Assembly: GCF_009834535.1 (NCBI RefSeq)
Contig: NC_045697.1
Location: 45,634,001-45,698,000, forward strand
DNA: 64,000 nucleotides
Direction: 5' to 3'
DNA from: Camelus ferus
Lineage: Eukaryota
Shown: positions 50,251 to 64,000 of the stretch, piece after piece
Layout: every line of letters begins with the position of its first letter
Position numbering within the stretch: position 1 is the first letter of the stretch
Notes under the pieces: generated by a model
The model's input: only the letters and a program-made list of their open reading frames with translations
Databases searched by the model: none
Told to the model about the DNA's origin: nothing
Program-made: the position numbers and the translations under genes

Positions 50251-53200
50251 CAAATGGGTATTTCCAAACACGATATTGATGTAGCCCTGTAGGAAGGACT
50301 ACAAGCTAGGAGTTTGGGGACAGCTGTGGAAGTTCATGTCAACCAGGTAAGGGAATCTGGTTTCTGTTCTGTAAGGAATGGAGTCACCAAAGTTCATGAG
50401 AGGGTGCATAACATGACAGAAACAGGGAAATGGGAAGATTGTGCCAATGGTTAACGTCCAGCAGAGACTGAAGAATGGAAATATTGATGCCATCTGTTAG
50501 GAGACATTTGCACTCAGACGCTTTTGCAGTCAACAGTCAAAAATTGATAAGGGCCTGAACTAAGGCAGTGGTAATTATGACTCATTTCAAACATACACTG
50601 GAGGGAATAATCCTGGCTCTGCTAGAGATCCCTCTTTCCCCCTCTCTCTTTCTCTTTCATAGAATTTCAAGAGTCTCTCTATGCAGTTAAGAAAAAGTAT
50701 GAAACATTATCATAGAATGCTTGCATGGTTTATTCTATGGACAATTTTACTTCCTTAAAAGTTGCACCTAGATCAAAACAATGCAATCTTCCTGTTCCCA
50801 CCCAAAGAATTTAACTATAATACACTATCAACAAAATCATGAGTGATCCGTTCTCATATAATTACAGGGTGTGCCACAGTATAGATGTCTCCATGCAAAG
50901 CAGGAGTAGCCTGCAATTAGCCAGAAGAATTTTGCAGCAAATGTGGTTAGAGGCAAAAGGTTTACTCTAAATTTGACAGTTTGAGCTATAACTATATATA
51001 GTTTGTTGGGCTGAATTTTTTTTTTTTTTTGGTCTTTGTCAGGACATTTTTGCTTCATCTGAGCATTTTCTGCAAAATAGTGAGTGTTACAGCTATGGAT
51101 GCCATATGTAAAAGCTGTTTTTGCTTTGGATTGGTTTTTCCCCCACTCAAAATGGTCTGAATAATCCATTATGAAAATGTCTCTGCATTTTCCCTGCATC
51201 TGGAAGGTATGTGTATGAATTTATAATGCTTATGTGAAGCATAAGTCAGTGGCTAATCTATCGGACTGTAAATCATGTGACTATGTACCGTGACCACATT
51301 AAAACTTAACCACAAATAAAAAGAGAGAAACAGGCTCTAGCCTATAATTGTGGCTCTCAGAATCAAACCTCTCACATGCATTTAGTCTTAAATGTGTCAC
51401 ATGTAAGAGATACTTGAAAAATCATATTAGTTAATGTCTAACATGTGCAGCACATGAAGTGGCAGGTTAGCAGCTTTTGAAATGCTTATTTTATGGAAAG
51501 ACAGAAAAGGATCACTACCTACTCAATGCAAAGGCATTAGGGCTAACCATGTAACATATACTGAAATCAAAGACCTGTATTTCCCCAAACTCAATACATT
51601 CCTCGCGAGTCAGAACTAATGTATTTTAGAGCATTATGGAGAATACATCTGAATTCAAAATTAAGTTCAACATTTTTTTTTCATGAAATTATGGTGCTAT
51701 TCTGTAGGAAAATAACTTAAAATACAGATTGACAATACATCACTGTTTGGTATTTCAGGTTAAACTAATGCTTCCACTGTTATGCGTGCAGATGCCTTCA
51801 CAGAGGTCATCCAGGGTAGCAACATATTATGATCTGTGAATGCCAAATTCCTTCTTCAAATAGAATTTCGATTGGCAACCAGCAAATATGGTTTTGTCAT
51901 AATGGTAAACATATGCATCTTAGAAAATTTTAACAGCCAAATTAATTGGCTTGACTCAAAATGTCAGTATTTCACTATCAAGATGGAAATACTGAAATAT
52001 AACCCTATGAACTTTTGAATATTTACATACAGAAACATTTAATTGATGCATAACACTTTAAAAAGTTCCATATTATGAAATAAAATGCTTATTGCTCCCC
52101 TTTGCTTTCTTTGCTCCTCACTAACAGTGTGTAAATTGCTCACAGTCCCTCATCAGTTTCTCTTCCTGGTTTTTCCTGTTTGTGACATCTGCATGCAAAT
52201 TGTTAAAATAGGGCAATTTAACCAGTGAGGTTCTCCCACTCCCCACCCTCGATTTTGACTTTTAATTATGACACACAGTGAAATGGGTTATGTTTCATTT
52301 TAACTCCAGGATACATCATTATTGAACTGAGGCGCCCTAGCATGGAAGCTGAAAAATGTCACTAGTCAGGGGAATATAGTAAATTACTATCAGATTTTTT
52401 TTTAATGAATGCTCTTTGTCATGTTTATTTAATGTGAAAGCTCTGCTTTAAACCAGTTAGAGCAAAAGAATGGCATCTTTTCAATTCATTGTGCTGTGAC
52501 CTAGGGTTGCACCCAGGGACCTTTATTAAAGATCAGATTTTAAGAGTGTATTTTCCTACTAAAGCCTCTTTATTAAAAATTGACTCATTTTATGTATTCT
52601 ACTTGAGTCACTGAATTTTTTGAAAAATGAAATCAATGCCTCTTGAATAATTTCTGATTTTTCTTTGGTGTTTCTTTGTGATGAGTACAAACCTAAAACA
52701 TGTTATGTTATGGCAAAATGCAGTATCTAGTCATTACTTCACACCTGGCAGAGATATGTATCAATTTTGAACCAAAACTAAATTAACTCCAAAAATCACA
52801 ATATAGTTCTACATTTTGATTCTTGAGATGGATATACATTTACAACATATATATGTTTCACTGTAAAGATAATTTTTCTCTAAAATTTTTGGTTTTATCG
52901 GTAGGTAAAATGGAGGGGTAAAGTGTTTCATATTTATTTATCACCCTCGTTATAAATAATTTTATATGTTTAAAGAAAAAAAAATCAATCTGTAAAGTTG
53001 AGAACTGTATTTCAGGGAGATAATTAGCTTTTAAGAGGAGAGGGCTTGGTGCAACTTTACATCCAAAACTTATCATCCTTCAGCTAACAAGCTTGACACC
53101 TCATGAATGAATTCAAAGGTAATTCTTTTTTTATTTTTAAAGCAAACTTAATGCAATTGGGTCTATACTTTTATAATCATTAATAGAAAAACCAACATCT

Positions 53201-53379
53201 TCAGATGATTAAAAATCAACAAGATACACCCCAGAGATGTCCTGGCATTTTCTACCATCTAATAGGTTTCAGATTTCCTTAATATATTACCATCTAAGAG
53301 GAAGTCAGTGTTGTGTGTGAACAGATACCTTGGAACGCCTGTCTCCCTCAGTGCTTTGAAAGGCTTTAACTTCTACCAG

Positions 53380-53780
53380 TGATGTCCAGCATCTCCTTGA
53401 ACCCAGCAAATTCTAGTTCATCCTTCAAGACTACCATCCCTAAATGACTAGGCCCTTCATAGTTTCTAGTGACTTTTTTCAGTCACTAGAATTATCTCTT
53501 CACTGAAGGTCCAATTGCACTGGAAAATGAACTCCACAGGGTACAGAGTTTTGCTGGTTTTGCTTGTAATATATCTCTAGTGATAGATGTCTAGAACAGT
53601 GCCTAGTTCATGGTAGGAGTTCAATAAAATTTGTTGAATGAATCTCTCTTTACAAATTCCTCACATTATATTTTGGTTCTGTATTTGACTGCCCTAAGAA
53701 AGTTCTTCAAAGACATCTTGACAACTCCAGACCCCAGCACAGGGCCTGCTACATAGCAAATGTTCAATAAATAAATCATG
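53380..53780 (+). mobile_element. L2 3' fragments
   Basis: ttcatccttcaagact; tctagaacagtgcctagttcatggtaggagttcaataaaatttgttgaatgaat. Confidence 0.75.
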
Positions 53781-55289
53781 GGCTGAAGTTTAGTAACACG
53801 ATTTCAGAAAGCAAGCAGAGGGTCATTTTCTGAAAATGTAAACAGAGATAGAAGATGAGGGATGATGAATCAATCTCTTTAAGAGGACTTGATGTCAAAT
53901 GATAACACCTGCAGTATGCTGATCAGTGACTGGTACATAAAATGTCTTCAGTAAATCGGCCGTTTTTCAATCATTAAATCAATCAACATGAATATATATT
54001 TCACTTATTTTTAAGAATGCACAGACAGAAGTGAGTCTACAATCTCCCTCAGTTGCTATTTAGTATTTTATTGTTGCGGCATTTAAGACATCCTTCTTAT
54101 ATCTGATTTATTATTATTTTACTTGTTATTAATGACTATAATTCTCCCCAAGTATGTTACAGTATTCCTGAGTGCAGAGATTACTATATTTGTTGGTATT
54201 CTCAGAGCTTTTAGCACTTTACTATGCTCTGAATGGGTATTCAAAGACTAATTGCTACTTTATTTGCTAAATATATTTTTGCTTTAATTAAAAATCATTT
54301 ATTTTATGAATTAAAGAGATGTGGTCCCTGCTTTAATGAAATATAATTCAGTGGAAAGACCCTATTTATATCACTTTCCTCTGAAGGTTTGTGGTTCTTT
54401 CCTTTTTTACAATGTGTGGTGACAAAATGTGAACTCTGATAAAAGTTACAAAGAGTATAGTGAAAATGTGTAAGTATTTTTGTAGCTCTCAATATTATCT
54501 ATAACAGATCCCATTCTCAAAGTTTCCTTCATATATACAACCTAAACATGGCACCCTGAAGTTTCTGCTTGTGTTCTCAAAATGAAAATTTCAATAATAG
54601 TAATGGACAGTTTAGCTTCTCTGTACTTTAGTTTCTTTTATCTGTGAAACAGAAATGATAACAATGGGGTGACTGCAAAGATTAAGTGATAATATAGTAA
54701 ATTCTCAACATGGCACCCACCATTTCTTTACATCATATTTTTGATAAGTTTGACTATTTTCGATTTGTCAAAGTCATCTGGAATTTGATAATACTCTAAG
54801 ACAGCACTGTCCCCTAAAAGTATCCAGAGATCAATGGAATAAATAAAGAAGATAAGGAGCATGATAATAATAATAGTAAATCAGTAGAAATAATATCTAG
54901 AGAGTATAGAAGAATGAAAGAGGCAATGGCTAAATGCTTAAATTTATGTACTCTCTGCATGAAAATTTCACGACCCACAACAAAAGTCTGTATAACTATA
55001 TGGATAAGAATTAAGTAAATTTTCTTAAGTTCAATCACATTTGTTAATATACTAATAATATGTACACCTCCATTATACTTACAAAATGGTTTATAATATA
55101 CCATTTTAAAGGTATTTTTCCTAATATTTTAAATGATTCTACTGTTAGATGTAAAGGTAAAAAAAAGATCTGCAAATTCTCATTTATCTAGATGGGTTGT
55201 GGGTGCTCTGGTTAACTGAATATTTTGGCTATATGAGTGTTATTACCTAATAATATATACATAAATGATCAATTTTCAAGAGATTAAAG

Positions 55290-55550
55290 TTATAGCTGAC
55301 ACTCATATAATTTAATAGTATGCTAAGCACTCCTCTAAACACTTTCTATTTATTAACTCAGCTGATCCTCACAATAACCCTGTGAGGAAGGTAAGCTATT
55401 ACTATCTTAATTTTACAGAAGGGAAAGCTAAAGCACAGAGAAGTGAAGTAACTTGCCAAGGACTCCAGACACTACAAGGAAGTGTCAGAAACAGGACTCA
55501 CACCCAAGATGACCGACTCCAGAGTCATTGCTCTTAATCCCTACATTATG
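55290..55550 (-). mobile_element. MIR, near full length
   Basis: gatcctcacaataaccctgtgaggaaggt...ttttacagaagggaaagctaaagcacagagaagtgaagtaacttgccaagg. Confidence 0.85.
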
Positions 55551-55893
55551 TTGCACAGAGTGAAGTATAAAACACTTAGGATAATAAAACAATCAACTAG
55601 ACCTTTCTAGGTCAGAAACTGTGCATCATTCTTGGAACCTCCTACTCCCTCATATGCACTATCATACTGAGAATGTCCATTCAGCTCTACTGCCAATCCA
55701 CCTTTTACTGTCACCCCCATGATCACCACTTTAGTTCAAACCATCCTCATCCTTATGTGGACGACTGCAACAACATCTCAGCTAGTCTTTTTGCCTCCAA
55801 TCTGTCCGCCTTCAGTCCATCTCACAAACTGTAAACAATGACACAAGTTGGTCATGTTATTCCCACGCTTAAAATATTTCTTACTGTCCATAG

Positions 55894-56237
55894 CTGAATC
55901 ATTCAGTATGATGGCTGTGTGGCCATTAAAGCACTTGCAATGTGCTTATCCCTAAATAAGATGTGCCATGAATGTAAAATATACATGGCGATTTGACAAC
56001 TTAGTATAAAAATGAAAAATATCTCATTAATCATTTTAATTTTGATTCTATTGAAATGGTAATATATCAGATTTATTGCATTAAAATATATTTTACATAT
56101 GTATAAAATGCAATGTATTATATTCTGTATATTAAATATTATTAAGATTAATTTATCAGCTTTTTTCTTTTTTCACGGCTACTAGAAAATTTTAAATTAC
56201 ATATGTAGCTGGTATTGTTTTTTATTGGACAGAACTG
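55894..56237. mobile_element. MER33-like MITE inserted in an L2 (about 55600-56690); degenerate 8-bp TSD
   Basis: Ends in ttggacagaactg; flanks gtccatag (55886-55893) and acccatag (56238-56245). Confidence 0.75.
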
Positions 56238-59200
56238 ACCCATAGGATAAATGTAAGCTTCCCCATGCTACAGTTTTCACCTTCATCTCCAATCTCTTAG
56301 CTGATCATCAAATCAGCCTATGATCCAGGCTATGATCCAGTTTGGTGTATACTCTGGCCCAGCCTGTGACACTCTTAAGTACATTCAGACTTCTAAATAC
56401 CTTAAGTTCTTTGATGTAAAGCCTTTCAATTTTTGATTTCCTTGGTGAAATCCTAGTAATGTTTCCAAAATTATTCCAATGGTTTTCTCTAAGAGATTTT
56501 CTCTGATTTATCCAGGCAGCACTCACCACTTACTTCTTCATTGATAATGTTCCCATATCTATATGTATGTTAATAATTTCCCTTATTGCACTATATGGTA
56601 AACATTGGCACCCATCTAACTCCTGTAACAGTCTCTGTGTTCTCCCACAAACTCTACATGCGTTTAATAGGTGTTCATAGAATAAAGGAACATAAATGGA
56701 ATTTGGAGTAAAAAAAATTGCTTTGAATTATATCAACAGCACTGACTACACATGTGAATTTCAAAATTTATTTAAACTCTAATACGCAAATAATGGAAGA
56801 AATTGAGCTGGATATTTATTTATTCTATTGCATATCATTTGACACTCCTTTAAGAAATACATCCTTTATTTCAACTTCCTTGCCATTTAACTTTTAGTCA
56901 ATAAAAGAAGGGGATTTCCAGGATTTATAAATAAAGATGTTTCCAGGGTTTGGCTTAAGGTTAATGAGAGATTTCAGTATAAAAGAATGACTGAAATTAT
57001 ACAAATTAATGCATAATTTAGAATGGCAACTTCTTACTGTATTTTTTTAACCTTAGGAAATTCATTTTGGTTAAATGAACAAAAAAAAATGCTTACATAG
57101 AAGAAAGGCCAAGTGAGAGACAATATAGTCTTCAAATTATACTTAGGGAGATGGAAAGAAATGAAAAGAAGGCATGGTGGAGCTCATTTCAAATACTGAT
57201 CATTTTCCCAGAATTTCTTCTAAACACTGGAGGTTTCAAATATCAAAGAGTGTTTTTGATGGCAGAAAGAGTGGAGTGCATCTGGGAGCTTCTATGATGG
57301 TGAAGGGAAAGTCTAAAGGGCTCACAGATGACCACTAATGGACCAACATGACAGCAGCTAATAATGACACTGTGTTGAAGGCTTGCATTAGAAATCCCAT
57401 AATTCTATTATTCTTTTAAAATGAAATAGGATAGAATGAGAATAAGAAGTGAAAAACAAACAATACCGTAATCAAATATACCACAACTCAAAGCACTCAC
57501 CCACTTCTAAAAACATATTTTGAATAAAGCCAGGCCTCAAAACGGATAAGCTTAAGTGTTCGAAAACCTCCATCCCATTGCATTCAAAATATATTTTAAA
57601 ATTAGTAATTTATCCCCTTTTTCCATTCCTACAGTTCCTGCATCTAGTCTTTCTGTTGTGAAATAAGCCAGGTGTTGGAGATAAGAATGTTTTCAAATGC
57701 TTTAATTAAAATGATGAATAAAACAATCATATTTTGACAAGTTTTAGGCTAATTCATTCTGAACATTTAAACCATGTTTTGAAAAATATAGTGTTTTGTT
57801 TTTTGTTAATTTGTGACTTCCTGCTTCACCAAGAAATGGCTTTACAGAGACACACAACATGTTTCTCTGACATCAAAAAGTGCTTGCAAAACATTGTTGT
57901 GCTGAATTAGTTGAAAATGAATCAGAAACATAAGGATTGTATTTGTACTGAACTTCACAGGAGTTTGAATGTGAGAAAGCATAGAGTGCTTTGGGCAGAA
58001 TGGTTTTCAGATTTGACTTAACCCCTTCCTGTGAAAGTTTGAGGCACCATTTTCTGCACGAAGTTTCGCCTACTTCAACTGACGGACAATCTATTTTGCT
58101 CTCTTTTATCCTTCTTCCCAGTTGATGCCAAAACTCTACAGAACTTGAGAAGAATCTGAAAACAATCTACCAGTGATAAATGGAACATGAATGACAATCC
58201 TCATGATTTCTTCAGCTAACTATGAGTCAGAAAAATTAAGATTCCCACTTAATAATTCATAAAACTGATTTGGAACAAATGCTTTAAAATGCAGCCTTTA
58301 TTCTCTCTTACATGTATAAATTTAACGAACAGCCTGTCAACTTCTTGTCAACCATTTTTTTTTAAAGTAATGACTGACAGTGCTAAAATTTTTAAGGTGA
58401 TTAAAACGTGCCCATTTTATTGATAAAAATTAAAACATTACTTACATTTGTCATTCATGAATTTTATTTCATAATGCTTTTTGGAGGGGAGAGGAATAAC
58501 TACTGCAAGTAGAAAATTCTGAAAACCATTGTTTCAAAAACTAATCATTCAGCAAAAAGAAAATGATTGTTGAAGCTCAAAATTCATTGTTTCTGTTGTT
58601 GAACAAGAAATAGGTGTCCGTTGATTACATGGTCAGAAAATAAACAAATTGGGTATCATTCGATCCCTACTTTTAGATAAACATCACAGAAGGACCAAGC
58701 TCAGAATCTCCCTTTAAGCCACAGCTAAATATACCGAAAACATCATATGACCAAGTATTCAGTTAGACCTGAGTTGTATGTGGATATCTGTTGATCTTGC
58801 AAAATTCAAACTGCCTATACAAACTGGGTTGCGGAAGGGATAAATGTAGAAAATCTATCTGAGTAAACATTTCAAAATACAGGTTTTATTTATGTAGGGA
58901 TAAAAAGAAAATAAATTCCAAGTGTGGTTTACTTAACAACCTTTGACTATTTGCCTATCAATACTATCTCAAACCCACAGCCACTGAAAAAAATAACATT
59001 TTCATGATTAAATAAATAACATTTACACTTAAAATTTATAATCACTATAATGACAGCACTGAATATCAACACTACAATTCACCAAGAATTTTTAGAGTTC
59101 TAACGCATTTCTACCTTCTCTAAAGATTGTTTAATTCTTGCTCTATCTCTAGGAGGCATTTTCATACTTGTTTAGTCTACCACTCATGGTTTAGGAATTT

Positions 59201-60029
59201 AATCCAAAAGTATACTAATTTCTTGGCAACTCTGTCAGAAAATTCAACTTACTTATGAGACCAAATCAACTCAGATACAATTTTGCTTTATTATCTAGTT
59301 CTACTGGATGCCTGCAAAAGCTTTATTAAATCAATAGTATAAAGCAGAGATCATATTCTTTTTTGTTATTAAAGATCCAATTATTTGTCACTGAGACTAG
59401 ATTTTAAATTTAATTTTAATTAAATATTAATTTTAATATTCACATGTAGTAGATGACCATATTGGAAAATTATTACTTGGTAAAAATTTCAAGCCACATA
59501 CACAAAGCTACATACAATAATCTGATAACAACATTATACAAATGTTCAGATAAAATTTACTGTGACACCAAGTTATTAATGTCAACTGATTTGGTATGTT
59601 TTCTGCTTCGTAGCTCTTTGCCAAAGTTGTTTATATTTTTGACAATCTTACTCCTCAACATCGTCCACCACACTTCTAAGAACACGTGGGTAAGTAAGCA
59701 TTTATGCATTTTAAACATATATTTGTCAACAATTCATTCTGAGAGGGAATATGGTCTCAACTTTCATTTTCAGTGAGCTTCCACAGTTTATACTGCTCAT
59801 TTATGTAGGTAATAATACAGCTTAACTTCTCAAAATTTTCACTCATTGGCCTTCATCCTCAGACTCATTTTTCTTACTAAGGTTAGCTTGGACCTATCTA
59901 AGGGTTCGAAAGGTGCAATAAAACACGTGTTATTTCACTTGACGTACTCATTCCCTGATTTCAGTGTTAGGTTCCGATGTGCATGGAGGGCTTACTTCTA
60001 ACTTACCAAAGTATGCACCAAATCTCAGT

Positions 60030-60285
60030 AATTGCTGTAGTTGCTAATATGTATTGAAGACCTCCTGTGTGCAAGAATGGTACTAAATCCTTTCTGCGGA
60101 TTATCTCACTTAATCCTCACTAGTGCTCTTGAAAGTGTGTATCATTATCCCCATGGATATCCCCTCGACTAACAGTCAACGAGGTTAAATATTCATCCAA
60201 GTACACACAGTTCGGAGACAACAGAGTTAGGAATAAAATCCAGTCTGTCTGACTTTAAAGCCCACAGACCGAAACTCTCATCCAT
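60030..60285 (-). mobile_element. MIR
   Basis: gattatctcacttaatcctcac...atcattatccccat...aaaatccagtctgtctgactttaaagccca. Confidence 0.75.
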
Positions 60286-62552
60286 AATAGGGAAATTTTA
60301 TCTTTTATATCCATGAAACAAAAGGAGACTTGCTAAGTAACATATTTCCTTTCTCTAGAATAATAATGAAAAGTGCAGCCAGTCAGAAAATTCAACTTCA
60401 AACTTTGTTCATGTTTCTTTTTAGCCTGTTAAGATCTAGTCATTGAAAATTTGAGGGTTTTTTTTCCTGAGGGGAGGAGGCATGTATGTTTGGCATTACA
60501 TAATTAGAAACTGCAAAGCCTCACTTATACAGCCAATGGTTTTAAGATATACTCAAAACTAAGTGTCCCATTAAAATTTTAACATAGGGACCATTTCTGC
60601 TATTTAGGGTTTGGGGTAAAATATTCTAATCTCATCCTTAAATAAATGTTTTTTGCTCACATGTGATGGTTGTGAAACCTTTGGCAGGTGAATCTCCTAG
60701 TTTGTCAGGTACATTCTGACTATGGTTAAAGATGGGCCCCAGTGTCTATGAAAAAGAAAATCAAGCTGTGACAATTACGACAGGGACTTTCAAGCCTTTC
60801 AGAGTTTGTGAAATCTGCCTGTGTTGTACTATGTCTATGAAACTGCAAAGTGGTGGTGTGAACTGGAAGACAATGGAGAACACGTTTTTGCCACAGGTAA
60901 ATTCATATTTCAAAGAAACCTATGCATTTAAAATGGAACCTGGTGGTTTTCAAACTCTTAAGTAGTAAATGAGAACAATGCTTTCATAAAAATGATAACA
61001 CTTGATCTTGCTTTATGCACAAAAGAACCTTAACAGGAATTTGCATGGAAAAGCAAAAAAAAAAAGGAAATTAGGGGAGAGACTATAGTGATGTGCACTC
61101 TGACTAATCCACTGAATAACCTTAAGCAAGTCTCCTACTGAAGGAAATACTAGTATATTAGTACCTACTTTTACCTGCCCATTGCAAGTTGAGTATGTAA
61201 GGGTAGAAGGCATGTTTTCATTTTTCCAAAGGCACATTAACTCTTAGGTGAATAGTCTGCATCAGCAAAATAATTGGGTAGCTAAGATACAGAAAAAGTC
61301 AATGCAGTTTTAAAATATGTGAACAGGTGAACAGATTTTCATTCTTGAGGAGGATTTAGCTGAAATGTGAATTCTAGATTTGCAGTCAGGAACTAGTCCC
61401 AAGTTTGTGTACTAAGAGTTGTTTCCTTGGGTAAATGTCTCTTACTTAGAGCTCCATGAGCTCATCTCTGGGGCAGTGCTCAACATCAGCTATGTGAAGG
61501 TAAATGTATGTCAAAGAGCCCAAACATAGAACATGCTTGATCACGTTTGGTTTTTCATTCACAGATGGTGGAAGTGAGCACTGATTTATAAAGATGTTTA
61601 GGACAGAATAATTGATCAGAGTATTAGCAAACTCATCGTCTAATAATCACATATCAGATAACTTTCTGTCAGTATTAACTTTTACCCAAGATAGGGAGGT
61701 TATCTAAAGTAAGGAGAGTAGGTTAGGTTCTGACTGATATCAACTGTCCTTTCCAAAAGTTCCTTCTGCTTTCCCACCAAACCCTTACCTAAGTATACTA
61801 AGACATCAGTTCATTCTTGATATTTAAGTCAATCCAGCGTAAGATACTTCCCAGTTTCAGGATTTCAGTGGGCAGAAGAGCCTCAGTGACATCCTAAAGG
61901 CCTGACAGAGCGATGCACCTCCCCTCCTGCCCAACACTGCTCAGAACAGGCCGATTGTGTATTGCAGTCAGTAGAGAGCTGTTCACCTGTATTTCCTAGG
62001 ATTTGAGAATTTCTCCTAGTCAAAATCCCTCAGTGTTTTAGTGTACACACATGTAAAATCTCCAGATGGAAAACTAACCTCACATGATTATGTTAATCAT
62101 TATTCAAGAACTGTATTTCAGCAACCCTCAAATGACTTGGCAATGGGCCGAGGAGAGCAGATATCGGAGACGAAGAAAGTATTAGATGTTTATATTAAGT
62201 TAGCCACATTTAACTTAGAGGCTTACCCATTCCAATGAAAACCAAAGCTTTGAAAATTCGAGAACACATTGTCTAACCCTAAACCACTTTTAATAAACAA
62301 GGACTTTCCACTTACCACAGAAAATCATGTTTCAGAGACCTATCATGTGTTCTCCTGTCCTCTGTAAAATGGCTTTTCTCTTCCTCCTGCTTCTACTGTC
62401 CCCACCACCCTCATAGAAGCTGAACAGTATAAACTATGCAGCTAATATTGTTAGTAACCAGAGGAGAGGGACTTTTCAAACAAATTTATTCATAATTCTA
62501 ATAAGACACTACTTACTAAGTATTTAAGATGCACTGGCCAATGAGCTCATCT

Positions 62553-62579
62553 ACACACACACACACACAGACACACACA
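62553..62579 (+). repeat. Interrupted (CA)n microsatellite within a MIR-like region (about 62500-62830)
   Basis: acacacacacacacacagacacacaca; MIR motif acagagatgaggaaactgaaggct downstream. Confidence 0.85.
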
Positions 62580-62891
62580 GTCCAAAACCAGTAGAGAAGA
62601 TTATCCCAGAAATACATTTATATACGTAACATATGTCAGTACACTTAATTTAATAAAATAACCAGATATGACATGTGCCAGTTTTTAATCCTTAGACAGA
62701 GATGAGGAAACTGAAGGCTTGGCAGCTAAAATTAGTTCCCCAAGTTACCCGATAGATAGTGCAGCTAGCTACTGGTGCAATAAGGTTACAGGCGCATTTC
62801 TGCCTAGCTCCCAAGTTTATAAGCTTCCCTTTCTCAGCACTGGTTGCTTACTGAGTGTCGGGTGCTGTGCTCAAGTACTGAAAGTACGTCA

Positions 62892-63025
62892 TACAGTCCT
62901 TCCTTAGTGTGGGGTGAAGGTGGGGGGACGGGTTCTAGGACCTCTGCAGATACCAAAATCCCTGGATGCTCAAGTCCCTTATATAAAGTGGCTTAGTACA
63001 GTAGGCCCTCTGCATCCGTGGTTTC
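62892..63025 (+). mobile_element. MER2B-like TcMar-Tigger fragment
   Basis: tacagtc...gataccaaaatccctggatgctcaagtcccttatataaagtggcttagtacagtaggccctc. Confidence 0.8.
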
Positions 63026-63118
63026 TAGACCAAGCCCTTTGCCTTCAAAGAGGTCACAGTTGAGTTGGGGAAGTGCTACATTATCTTAGCATTTTCTAAG
63101 TTTATTCAGAACTTGGAA

Positions 63119-63296
63119 CAGTGTGTCTCAAAGTGTACCCCTAGATTATCAGCATCAGCTTCCACTAGAGACTCATTAGAAATTCAAGATCTCAGACCCC
63201 ATTCCAGATCTGCTGCATCAGGAACTCAGGAATCTGTATGCAACATGCCCTCCAGGTTATTTTGGTGCACACTGAAGTCTGAGTGCCTAAACCAGT
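63119..63296. mobile_element. MER5A-like MITE within an L2 fragment
   Basis: cagtgtgtctcaaagtgt...cagcatcagc...ttagaaattcaagatctcagacccc...ccctccaggttatttt. Confidence 0.75.
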
Positions 63297-64000
63297 GGCC
63301 TAAATAGACAGAGATTAGAGAGAAACATACAGGTTAACTTGGAGACATGGGAGAAGGCTTCCTGGAGGAACAGACACTTCAGCTGAGTGGAGGATTTCTG
63401 AATTTTTTTTTTTCAGGCAAAATAGACAACATTAGCAAAAGCAGAGAGGAAAGAATGTCACTGTTTGACACTCCTAGAGATTAAGAGTAAGAGGCAGGAA
63501 GTGGTAGTAGATAAAGGAGATCTAGACTGAGTCTATGTGCATGCCTTATACATTGCAGGTCTTGTTTCCTACAGGGCTTGGTATAAGGGCTGTAGCAAGT
63601 AACTTCAGGGACCCACTGTGAAAAGGACCTGGAATTGATGCAAAATCTGGGTTTCCTGTTTGCCACCTGTTATAGACCTTAGGATGCTCTTAGGTAGTGT
63701 GAGGGAGATGCTTTGCTGTCCAATGCTAGGAGAGAAGGACAGATTCGGAAGGAAGTCTCAGGCTCAGGTGCTTCCAGATGGGTGTAGGAGCTCTGGGACC
63801 TAGCTAGGTTGTGACAAATTTAAGCACAGGTGACTGAGTTGGAGTAGAGAGGGAAGAAGAGGGGTTGAAGGATAAGAAAAAGTGATTTTTTTAACAGATG
63901 TTCAGGATAACATAATTCTAAATAAAACACACACACAACAATAACAATAACAAAAGCAACACAAGGGAGACTAAGATTAACCATGAAGATAGGGATGGCT

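Larger units (their letters stand above)
10021..64000 (-). other. CFAP299: Part of the very large upstream CFAP299 intron (probably intron 3)
   Basis: I found no other CFAP299-like coding segment in 54 kb. The human gene is known to have a very long intron before this exon. Confidence 0.8.

Noticed and set aside
50837..51199. 120-aa minus-strand ORF as an extra CFAP299 exon or new gene
   Set aside because: It resembles no protein I recognise, crosses a homopolymer run (KKKK), and has no convincing splice context.
3519..56237. Two opposite-orientation MER33 copies as ends of a composite transposon or a pairing partner
   Set aside because: They are ancient, highly diverged, independent insertions 52 kb apart, each with its own termini.
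59400..59440. AT-only quasi-palindrome
   Set aside because: Low complexity, expected at this base composition.
1..64000. CRISPR array, prokaryotic operon, rRNA, snoRNA or miRNA, NUMT, endogenous viral gene or processed pseudogene
   Set aside because: I saw no repeat-spacer periodicity, long non-L1 ORF or recognisable motif. A small ncRNA or a very old pseudogene cannot be excluded without Infernal or BLAST.

Overview
This is AT-rich, CpG-depleted mammalian genomic DNA, most likely from a camelid (camel, llama or alpaca). The evidence is a tRNA-Ala-derived vic-1-like SINE, artiodactyl-type L1 3' ends, and no Alu, Bov-A/BovB, PRE-1 or Can-SINE that I could see. The window appears to lie inside CFAP299 (C4orf22), transcribed on the minus strand. 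Only one 143-nt coding exon is present (9878-10020, [47 protein letters not shown]+AG, probably exon 4); the rest is large intron on both sides. The introns hold L1 fragments of several ages, L2, MIR, MaLR LTRs, hAT/Tigger MITEs and microsatellites, separated by multi-kb tracts with no repeat I recognise. Nearly all ORFs in the track are spurious or L1 remnants. I found no convincing previously undescribed biological system. The best leads are a twin-primed inverted L1 carrying a nested younger L1, an L1 inserted without TSD or poly(A), a CpG-rich promoter/enhancer-like island at about 37.1-37.7 kb, a CTCF-like motif in a MER91, candidate recursive splice sites, and inverted or sense L1 ends around the exon. 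Repeat family names come from recalled consensus motifs, and boundaries are approximate unless TSDs are given.
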